From an uncultured Candidatus Saccharibacteria bacterium (GTDB lineage: Bacteria; Patescibacteriota; Minisyncoccia; Minisyncoccales; CAZPAG01), in the NCBI GenBank assembly GCA_964584545.1, contig CAZPAG010000007.1, forward strand, positions 6,127 through 45,410: a DNA stretch of 39,284 nt, written 5' to 3'. Under the pieces are notes generated by a model. The model worked only from the letters and a program-made list of their open reading frames with translations. It made no database searches and had not been told where the DNA came from. Of the stretch, positions 14,943-22,295 are shown piece by piece; position 1 is the first letter of the stretch, and every line of letters starts with the position of its first letter. The position numbers and the translations under genes were made by a program.

Positions 14943-15601
14943 TATTACTAAGGCATTTCCAATCGCAGTGGAATCTGGAAAATAGGTTCACCGGTTGGGT
15001 TGACGTTCCTTTATCAGAAAATATCGGAGAGAAAGTAAAAGAAGTCTCCCTGAAAATATCTGGTTTTAAAATAGACAAAATATATTCTTCGAATTTGTTC
15101 AGGAATAAGGACAGCGTGGCAAAGATATTGGAAACAGAGGGCAAATACCCTGTTTTTATTAGTCTTGATAAGGGCAAAATGAGAAATTGGGGAGGGTTTT
15201 CAGGCAAGTTGGGTTATGTACCGGTATATATTTCAGATCTTCTTAACGAGAGGTATTACGGCCAGTGGCAGGGAAGAGATAAAGAAGAAATAAAGAAAGA
15301 ATACGGCGAAGAGAATTTTAAATTATTGAGAAGGAGTTTCAGTGCGAGGCCACCGGGAGGAGAAAGCTTGAAAGACGTTTCATCCCGGGCAATCCACTTT
15401 TTAAAAAGTTTCATTGAAAGGGACTTAAAGGAAGGTAAGAATGTTTTGGCGGTAGCAAGCCATAATTGCTTGAGGGCTTTGGCAAAACACATTGAAAAAA
15501 TATCCGATAAAGATATAGCCGACCTTGAAATAGACGTCGGCGAGGCCGTCATTTATGAGTTTGACGACTTGTTAACGATGACGAAAAAAGAGTCTATTTA
15601 G
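14930..15601 (+). CDS. gpmA: Histidine-phosphatase family phosphoglycerate mutase
   Basis: [26 protein letters not shown] matches the RHG-type dPGM N-terminal signature (G to F variant). ASHNCLRAL contains the second His. Confidence 0.8.
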   Translation: [223 protein letters not shown]

Positions 15602-15665
15602 ACCCTTTACAAGAAGGCAAAAGTATGCTAAGGTTACAGATACGATAATAAATTAAGGTAAAATT

Positions 15666-16628
15666 ATGTCAAAAAACATCAAATATATCGTTATGGGTGT
15701 GGCCGCTCTGGCCTTGGTAGGTTGCGGGATTTTTTTCTATGCCAAAAATACAAGCGGTTCCATGGAAAAGGTAGCCGCAAAAGCGATAGAATATATTAAT
15801 AAAAATCTTCTTGATCCCGGGATGACCGCTTCCTTGGTAGACGTTGTTGAAGAGAGCGGATTATATAAATTCCGTCTTAAAATAGGAGATCAGGAGTACA
15901 ATTCTTACGTCACAAAAGACGGAAAGCTTTTATGGCCTGAAGACGGTATCAATCTGAGCACCACTACCGCTTCCCAAACAGGCTCAGTCAGCCAGGAAGC
16001 TCCAAAGAGCGACAAGGTTGACGTTAAATTATTTGTGATGTCCTATTGCCCTTACGGCTTTATGGCAGAGAAAGCATTTTTACCGGTATACAATCTGTTG
16101 AAAGACAAAGCGGAAATGGGAGTTTATTTCGTCAATTATGCTATGCACGATAAACAGGAGCTTGATGAGAATTTGACGCAGTATTGCATTCAAAAGAATG
16201 AAAAGGAAAAATATTCAGCCTATCTCGGTTGTTTTGTAAAAGAAGGAAATACAGCAGGATGTCTTACAGAGGCTGGAATCAATAAAACCACTCTTAATTC
16301 TTGTGTTTCGGAAACAGATTCCCAATATGGCGTTACAGCCGGTTATAACGACAAATCAACTTGGTTGAGCGGACAGTATCCCACGTTCAAAGTGAATGAT
16401 GATTTAAACCAGAAATACGGAGTGCAAGGATCTCCGACCTTAGTCGTCAATGACGCGGTTATTGGAATGAGTAGCTGGTCTCCAGAAGGGTTAAAGCAGA
16501 TTGTCTGCAACGCTTTTAACACTCCGCCGGCAGAATGTTCTCAAACCCTGTCTGACGAAGCTGCTTCTCCGGGATTGGGAGAATCTACGACTAACGCTAG
16601 CGCTAGCGCCGGAGGTTGTTCCCAATAA
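15666..16628 (+). CDS. Membrane-anchored thioredoxin-fold (DsbA-like) protein with CPYG site
   Basis: N-terminal TM helix. Thioredoxin-fold block KLFVMSYCPYGFMAEKAF...GVQGSPTLVVND. C-terminal low-complexity tail. Confidence 0.6.
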   Translation: MSKNIKYIVMGVAALALVGCGIFFYAKNTSGSMEKVAAKAIEYINKNLLDPGMTASLVDVVEESGLYKFRLKIGDQEYNSYVTKDGKLLWPEDGINLSTTTASQTGSVSQEAPKSDKVDVKLFVMSYCPYGFMAEKAFLPVYNLLKDKAEMGVYFVNYAMHDKQELDENLTQYCIQKNEKEKYSAYLGCFVKEGNTAGCLTEAGINKTTLNSCVSETDSQYGVTAGYNDKSTWLSGQYPTFKVNDDLNQKYGVQGSPTLVVNDAVIGMSSWSPEGLKQIVCNAFNTPPAECSQTLSDEAASPGLGESTTNASASAGGCSQ

Positions 16629-16635
16629 ATATTTT

Positions 16636-16869
16636 ATGACAGTTAAAGTATTTACCACCCCAAGCTGCCCTTACTGTTATACCTTGAAGGCATTTTTGAA
16701 AGATAGAAACGTGTCTTTTGAAGATGTTGACGTTTCTCAGGACGAAAAAATTAAAGATGAATTAGCTGAGAAAACCGGTCAGCTTTCCGTACCGATAGTC
16801 GAGATTGACGGGCAGTTTATCGTCGGCTTTGATAGGGAAAAAATTTGTAAACTTCTTAAAATTAGTTAA
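16636..16869 (+). CDS. Glutaredoxin-like protein (NrdH/YruB type)
   Basis: MTVKVFTTPSCPYCYTLKAFL...VPIVEIDGQFIVGFD. I start at the ATG at 16636, because the ORF-track start at 16501 overlaps the preceding gene. Confidence 0.85.
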   Translation: MTVKVFTTPSCPYCYTLKAFLKDRNVSFEDVDVSQDEKIKDELAEKTGQLSVPIVEIDGQFIVGFDREKICKLLKIS

Positions 16870-16876
16870 TTTTTTT

Positions 16877-17899
16877 ATGATAAAAGTTGCTGTTAACGGG
16901 TTCGGGCGTATTGGAAGGCCGGCTTTCAGGAGGATTTTTAATAATCATCCTGATTTGGAAGTGGTGGCTATTAATGACCTGACTGATACGAAAACCCTGG
17001 CCCATTTATTGAAGTACGATTCTGTTTACGGCATTTACCAGAAGCCGGTCAAATTTACAGATAATGAATTACTGGTTGATGGGACAAAGACCGGGAAAAG
17101 CGTTAAGGTTTTTGCCGAAAAGGACCCGTCAAAACTTCCCTGGAAAGAAATGGGAGTAGATGTCGTTTTAGAGTGCACAGGGAATTTTACCGATTACGAA
17201 GGAGCTAAGAAGCATTTATCAGCCGGAGCAAAGTCAGTTATTATCTCCGCCCCTTCAAGAGATCCTGATAAAATTCCTTCATACGTTTTAGGAGTTAACG
17301 AGGAAAAGTTCAATCCCGAGAAAGACAGCATAGTTGATATGGGATCCTGTACGACAAACTGTTTAGCTGCCGTGGCAAAGGTTCTTAACGATAATTTTAA
17401 GATCGTGAAAGGATTTATGTCTACCATCCACAGCTATACCAACGATCAGAAGATTTTAGATCTGCCTCACAAGGATTTAAGAAGGGCGAGAGCCGCTGCT
17501 TTGAATATCATTCCTACGACCACAGGAGCTGCAAAAGCCATTGGCAACGTTATCCCCGAACTTAAGGGTAAACTGGATGGCATCGCTTTCAGAGTCCCTA
17601 CTGCCACAGTTTCTGTTCTGGATTTAATTTGTGAATTAGAGAAGGAGACCACGGTTGAAGAAGTGAATTTTACTTTTAAAAAAGCCAGCAAACAAAAAGA
17701 AATGGAAGGGATTTTGGGCATAGAAGACGCTCAGCTGGTTTCTTCTGATTATTCGGGAAATTCTTTCTCGGCAATTGTTGATGCATCTTTAACTATGGTT
17801 AAGGATAATACCGTCAAAGTTGTCGCTTGGTATGATAACGAATGGGCTTATGCCTGCAGATTAGCTGACTTTGCTGAATATATCGGAAAGAAGCTATAA
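16877..17899 (+). CDS. gap: Type I glyceraldehyde-3-phosphate dehydrogenase
   Basis: MIKVAVNGFGRIGR, SCTTNCLAAVAKVL (catalytic Cys), WYDNEWAY. The start is set at the ATG at 16877, not the upstream in-frame start of the ORF track. Confidence 0.92.
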   Translation: MIKVAVNGFGRIGRPAFRRIFNNHPDLEVVAINDLTDTKTLAHLLKYDSVYGIYQKPVKFTDNELLVDGTKTGKSVKVFAEKDPSKLPWKEMGVDVVLECTGNFTDYEGAKKHLSAGAKSVIISAPSRDPDKIPSYVLGVNEEKFNPEKDSIVDMGSCTTNCLAAVAKVLNDNFKIVKGFMSTIHSYTNDQKILDLPHKDLRRARAAALNIIPTTTGAAKAIGNVIPELKGKLDGIAFRVPTATVSVLDLICELEKETTVEEVNFTFKKASKQKEMEGILGIEDAQLVSSDYSGNSFSAIVDASLTMVKDNTVKVVAWYDNEWAYACRLADFAEYIGKKL

Positions 17900-17931
17900 T
17901 TGAAGAATAACAATAAAAATTAGTTTTGAAG

Positions 17932-17954
17932 ATCGCCAGTCGGGCGATTTTTTA
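17932..17954 (+). terminator. Rho-independent terminator (ATCGCC-agtc-GGGCGAT + T6)
   Basis: Perfect hairpin followed by tttttt, directly after gap. Confidence 0.8.
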
Positions 17955-17965
17955 GTTGGGGACAA

Positions 17966-17994
17966 TAGGGGGGGGTTGACACCACATTTCACAT
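17966..17994 (+). promoter_or_regulatory. Sigma-70-type promoter (TTGACA, 17-nt spacer, TGATACACT extended -10)
   Basis: TTGACA at 17966-17971 and TACACT at 17989-17994 with TG at -15/-14. Lies 23 nt upstream of the abiEi ATG. Confidence 0.6.
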
Positions 17995-18016
17995 ATGATA
18001 CACTAATGTCATAGTT

Positions 18017-18628
18017 ATGAAAAGCAGAAAAAACCTTTTAGAACAGCTAAAATTTCTGCCTCACTTCGGTAAAAATACTGTTTACCAGCTCGGTAAGCAG
18101 TTGGGGCTTAAGGACTCTACGGTTGATACTTACATCAGTCGCTTCTTGAAGTACAAAGAAATTTACCGGCTCAAAAATGGATTATACGTGTCCGCGGATT
18201 TTTTTGATAAAAACAGAAATGACATTTCTTATTCTTTCTATCTTGCCAACGTAATTCGCACGCCGTCGTATGTAAGTTCGTGGGCGGCTCTTCAGTATTA
18301 CGATCTTACCACGGAAGCAATACGTTCTGTTGTCTCGGTCACGCCCAAGGTCACGAGAGATTATCAGACAAAGGCGGGCAATTTTGTATATCAGTCGATT
18401 AATAGAAAACTTTTTTCTGGTTTTTCTCTAACAAAAGGAAAGTTTGATTTTTTTATAGCCTCTCCTTCAAAAGCATTGTTTGACTTACTGTATTTTAGGA
18501 CTCGCCAGTTTCGCAGCCTTCCATTAGGGAAGATTAAAGCATTGGCTGAAGAATTACGGATAGACATTAATGAAATGGACAAGGAAGAGCAGGTAAAATT
18601 TTATACAATGATAAAAAAATATGAGTGA
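18017..18628 (+). CDS. abiEi: AbiEi-family antitoxin / transcriptional regulator (type IV TA)
   Basis: 203 aa with an N-terminal winged-helix-like region. It overlaps the downstream AbiEii gene by 8 nt, the typical AbiE operon layout. Confidence 0.65.
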   Translation: MKSRKNLLEQLKFLPHFGKNTVYQLGKQLGLKDSTVDTYISRFLKYKEIYRLKNGLYVSADFFDKNRNDISYSFYLANVIRTPSYVSSWAALQYYDLTTEAIRSVVSVTPKVTRDYQTKAGNFVYQSINRKLFSGFSLTKGKFDFFIASPSKALFDLLYFRTRQFRSLPLGKIKALAEELRIDINEMDKEEQVKFYTMIKKYE

Positions 18629-19889
18629 ACAGATTTTAACAATTCTAAAAAGAAAGCTTGATGATATTGCCGCTTTCGGCGGGATTGACGCGGAAACGCG
18701 TCGCAACGCCCTCAAAGAAGAGCTGCAGTTTTATGTTCTCAATTTCATCTATCATCATCCTGAATACAATAAGTGGATTATGTACGGCGGTTCCGCTCTT
18801 CGTATTATTCACGAACTCGATCGTATGTCGGTTGATCTGGATTTTGAAGTTTCTCACGCGATAACTGATGAGTTCTTGAAGGAGATGAAGAAGGAAATTG
18901 AAGATCATTTCACAAATGCATATGGCGCTGGAGAGGATTTTCTCACGGTGAAAATTACCACGGGTAGAGGATTGATTCTGAAATTTCACGTCGGCGAAGA
19001 ATTGAGCTTTGGGCATTCCTCAAAACAGGTACATGTAAAGCTTGATCTCAATCAGTTCGTCGCTCCCAAGACCGTCACCGAACGCCGGCCGATAAATCGC
19101 AATCAGTTCTCTTTCGTCATTATCACCTATAATATGGCCGCACTTATGGCAAGCAAGCTTGCAGCCATTTTCCTGCGCGGGACCCGTGGCGTAGGAGAAG
19201 CTGTTTATGAAGAAAAGGGGCGAGATGTTTATGATCTCCTTTGGTACATGGGCAAAAAGGTAGTGCCGGATTTTGATTACCTCGTAGCCAAAAGCATTGA
19301 CGCAAAAGATCCCCGCGCGCTTTTTGATAAAATCACGCTTCAAATGAACAAAGTGAGCGATAAGAATCTCGAACAGGACCTTTTGCCACTGTTTGCAGAT
19401 AGGACCTTTATTAAAAATTGGCTCAAAAATTGGCGAGAAAGTTATTTGCGACTTCTTGACGAATATAAAATTAACACCGTAACAGCATTGGAGAGTATAA
19501 GAGTGCGTCAGGATTTTCATACTGATAATTTTTCTTTTGTGTATCTGTATAGAACTGAGGAGGATAGGACGATACGAATTATTTATACTATCAGTGATTA
19601 CTGGATTGATTTTCGCGACGGCGATTTGCCGACGAAAGTAGACGATAAAATAATTCAGCTTGTTGAGGGCGAGATGAAAGATAAGTTGAGTGATAAATTG
19701 AAGCAGTATGCGACATTGTTCCATAAAAAAACAGAAGCATATCTTAGAAAAACAAACAAAATAATACTTGGCAATAGCCTAGTCACTAAAATTATCCGAA
19801 TGACGGCCGATAATTTGAATCAAAAAGAACAGATCGTGCTTAATAAATCGGCTCTGCTTTCTTGCGAGCTCGACGATTTGTTGAAATAA
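18621..19889 (+). CDS. abiEii: Nucleotidyltransferase AbiEii/AbiGii-family toxin with extended C-terminal region
   Basis: YGGSALRIIHELDRMSVDLDFEV is the family's GGTAL...R-S-DLDF nucleotidyltransferase signature. 422 aa. Confidence 0.8.
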   Translation: MSEQILTILKRKLDDIAAFGGIDAETRRNALKEELQFYVLNFIYHHPEYNKWIMYGGSALRIIHELDRMSVDLDFEVSHAITDEFLKEMKKEIEDHFTNAYGAGEDFLTVKITTGRGLILKFHVGEELSFGHSSKQVHVKLDLNQFVAPKTVTERRPINRNQFSFVIITYNMAALMASKLAAIFLRGTRGVGEAVYEEKGRDVYDLLWYMGKKVVPDFDYLVAKSIDAKDPRALFDKITLQMNKVSDKNLEQDLLPLFADRTFIKNWLKNWRESYLRLLDEYKINTVTALESIRVRQDFHTDNFSFVYLYRTEEDRTIRIIYTISDYWIDFRDGDLPTKVDDKIIQLVEGEMKDKLSDKLKQYATLFHKKTEAYLRKTNKIILGNSLVTKIIRMTADNLNQKEQIVLNKSALLSCELDDLLK

Positions 19890-19914
19890 AAACCGGACTT
19901 ATTTATTAAAGAAA

Positions 19915-19937
19915 ATCGCCAGTCAGGCGGTTTTTTT
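19915..19937 (+). terminator. Rho-independent terminator (ATCGCC-agtca-GGCGGT + T7)
   Basis: Hairpin plus T7, directly after abiEii. Confidence 0.75.
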
Positions 19938-19959
19938 GTTGCGCGGTTGATAAGGCCCT

Positions 19960-19978
19960 GTTGAGGCCAGGCCTCAAC
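19960..19978. repeat. Palindromic element GTTGAGGCCAGGCCTCAAC (GGCC subtype)
   Basis: Perfect 9-1-9 palindrome, identical to 38123-38141. Followed by an extra half-site ggcctcaac at 19981-19989. Confidence 0.9.
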
Positions 19979-20041
19979 AAGGCCTCAACAAGCTATTTAC
20001 AAAATTCCGTACGAGGTTTTATTTTTTTTCAATGAGTTGCT

Positions 20042-20060
20042 GTTGAGGCCTGGCCTCAAC
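20042..20060. repeat. Palindromic element GTTGAGGCCTGGCCTCAAC (GGCC subtype, opposite orientation)
   Basis: Exact reverse complement of the 19960 copy. Confidence 0.9.
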
Positions 20061-20086
20061 AGGCTAGTTTTTGCCGTTGAGCTGCT

Positions 20087-20105
20087 GTTGAGGTCGATCC
20101 TCAAA
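20087..20105. repeat. Palindromic element GTTGAGGTCGATCCTCAAA (ATCGA subtype, inverted, one mismatch)
   Basis: Reverse complement of the 1143 copy except for the last base. Confidence 0.8.
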
Positions 20106-20394
20106 GATCTTTTTAGGGCGCTTGATAGGGCCCTTTTATTATTCTAATTTGAAGCATAATTAGAATAGAATGGATTATAGGAGGATAGTCCATTAATCCA
20201 TGGTTTTACCGGCGGGCGCGAAAATTAAACGAAGCGTTTGGCACAGTTTTTAGCTGTGTTTTTTCTTTTTTCGAAAAATATTATTTGAGCAAAATATATA
20301 AAAAAAGGAGGTAAATAAAGGCCGATAAATCAAATAATATATAAAAACAAAGGTCGTTAGTGATAATTAAAATAACATAATTAAAAAAAATACC

Positions 20395-20979
20395 ATGAAA
20401 AAAATATTAATTAGTTTATCGATTATCGGCGCTGTGGCTGCAATAGCAGTTGGCGGCACAATCGCTTACTTCAGCGATACTAAAACCTCAACCGGAAATA
20501 CGTTTACTGCTGGAACATTGATATTTAATATTATTGATCCTGGAGAGGGAGGGCACAGGGTTTTCAATGTCACTGGCATGAAGCCTGGAGATACGGTCAC
20601 AAATTATCTGGTTGTAACAAACGATGGCACAATAGATCAAAAATGGAAAGCCTGGTTAACAGAAACAGGAGACGGGACATTAGATAATGAGTTGCAGGTA
20701 AGATGGACGATACATCCAACAGACTATACTACATTGCCTCCAGGGTATGTTAATGCCGGGCCTCCGAATAGCGTCATCAAGGATTGGACTTACATCGGAG
20801 CCTTAGGAGAAATGACTTGGGCAAGTCCAGGAGCAGTTGCTTTCGAGCCGGGTTGGGCCGCAGTTTATAAGATAGATGTAAAAATGGATGCAGATGCAGG
20901 TAATGATTACCAAAGCGCTAATTACACTGGGGACTTAAACTTCTTTGCGACTCAATACGAAAAGGGAGATTGGGAATAA
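20395..20979 (+). CDS. TasA/camelysin (peptidase M73-like) family fibre subunit with SipW-class signal peptide, paralog 1
   Basis: N-terminus MKKILISLSIIGAVAAIAVGGTIAYFSDTKTSTGNTFTAGTL. Internal MKPGDTVTNYLVVTNDG. C-terminal FFATQYE. Confidence 0.85.
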   Translation: MKKILISLSIIGAVAAIAVGGTIAYFSDTKTSTGNTFTAGTLIFNIIDPGEGGHRVFNVTGMKPGDTVTNYLVVTNDGTIDQKWKAWLTETGDGTLDNELQVRWTIHPTDYTTLPPGYVNAGPPNSVIKDWTYIGALGEMTWASPGAVAFEPGWAAVYKIDVKMDADAGNDYQSANYTGDLNFFATQYEKGDWE

Positions 20980-21017
20980 TTAATTACGGTTAAATGCCTT
21001 GTTAAGAAAAAATAATT

Positions 21018-21602
21018 ATGAAAAAGATAGTTATTAGTTTGGTTGTTATCGGCGTTGTCGGAGTTGTAGCCATTGGCGGAACTATTGCTTATTTCAGCGA
21101 TACTGAAACATCAACCGGAAACACATTCACTGCCGGGACTTTAGACTTGGGTAATATACCTCAGATAGCTATAATATCTTATAATAATGTTTATCCAGGA
21201 TGGAATTATCATGATGCCAGCCATTGGGGGTATGACCATATTAGTGCCGTTGTAGCCAGAAATAATGGTTCTCTGGCATTAAAATACAGAGTAATTGCAG
21301 CTACAACTACTCCGATTTCCGATTATGTATTAGATAATATCTTGGCCGCTGTTTATGTTGATGGTATTACTGGCACGAGTGGCCATGTGCAAAGATACAA
21401 GGGTACTCTTAGGGGCCTGTTCAATTACATTACAATAGATTCAAACTTCGATACCTCTCCACACACGGGTTGGTGGGGTAGCGGAGAGAGAGTGTTCTTT
21501 GAACTTGCCGTGCCTACGACAGTAGGAAATGAATTTCAGGGTCAGTCTGTTAATTTTAGTTTAAGATTCGAAGCAACTCAGACAAATAATCCTGCTTGGT
21601 AA
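21018..21602 (+). CDS. TasA/camelysin family fibre subunit with SipW-class signal peptide, paralog 2
   Basis: GGTIAYFSDTETSTGNTFTAGTL and C-terminal FEATQTN. Same length (194 aa) as paralog 1, but the core is strongly diverged. Confidence 0.85.
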   Translation: MKKIVISLVVIGVVGVVAIGGTIAYFSDTETSTGNTFTAGTLDLGNIPQIAIISYNNVYPGWNYHDASHWGYDHISAVVARNNGSLALKYRVIAATTTPISDYVLDNILAAVYVDGITGTSGHVQRYKGTLRGLFNYITIDSNFDTSPHTGWWGSGERVFFELAVPTTVGNEFQGQSVNFSLRFEATQTNNPAW

Positions 21603-21707
21603 TACTTAAAATTTTTTAGGTTGTCCAACGTTTGTCAAACTAGAGCAAAGCCTGATTTGGGGATGTTCTTCCTTTAAGATATAGTTTGGGCAACTTATAA
21701 AGATTTT

Positions 21708-22295
21708 ATGAAAAAATTATTAAAAATATTTTATTATATTCTAGTCGGTTTTCTCGTATTGATTGCGCTTTTGCTTATTTTTTCCGTTTTTCCGATTACC
21801 GGGAATTTTAAGGTCTTAACCGTGCTTTCCTGGTCAATGGAACCGACAATAAAAACAGGAGCGATAGTTGTCGCAAAGCCGGCAGATGATTACAAGATAG
21901 GGGATATTATTACCTTTGGGCCAGATACAAAAACACAGCCGCCAGTAACTCACAGAATAAACGACATTAAGGTTGTGGGAGGAGTCCCGGTTTATATAAC
22001 CAAAGGGGATGCGAACGAATCGCCGGATATCAGAGAAATCCAAAAAAACGATATCCTCGGGAAAGTTTTGTTCAATATCCCTTTTGTCGGGTACGCGGTT
22101 GATTTCGCCAAAAAACCAGTCGGGTTTATTTTAATCATCGCCGTTCCCGCAATAGTAATAGTTGCTGACGAGATAAGAAAGATATGGAAGGAGGTAATGA
22201 AATTAAAGGATAAGAAGAAAGATACAGAACAAGACAAGGAGATAGCAAGATTGAAACAGGAGATAGAAGAGTTAAAGGATAAAGGTAATTCATGA
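21708..22295 (+). CDS. sipW: SipW-type (S26B, archaeal/ER-like) signal peptidase I with charged C-terminal tail
   Basis: LSWSMEPTIKTGAIV (catalytic Ser), PVTHRI (His), TKGDANESPD. There is a second TM helix, then a Lys/Glu-rich coiled-coil-like tail. Confidence 0.85.
   Translation: MKKLLKIFYYILVGFLVLIALLLIFSVFPITGNFKVLTVLSWSMEPTIKTGAIVVAKPADDYKIGDIITFGPDTKTQPPVTHRINDIKVVGGVPVYITKGDANESPDIREIQKNDILGKVLFNIPFVGYAVDFAKKPVGFILIIAVPAIVIVADEIRKIWKEVMKLKDKKKDTEQDKEIARLKQEIEELKDKGNS

Noticed and set aside
16501-16876. N-terminal extensions of the glutaredoxin-like (16501) and GAPDH (16805) ORFs in the track
   Set aside because: The extensions overlap the preceding genes in another frame and add non-homologous residues. 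The conserved N-termini begin at the ATGs at 16636 (MTVKVFTT) and 16877 (MIKVAVNGFG).
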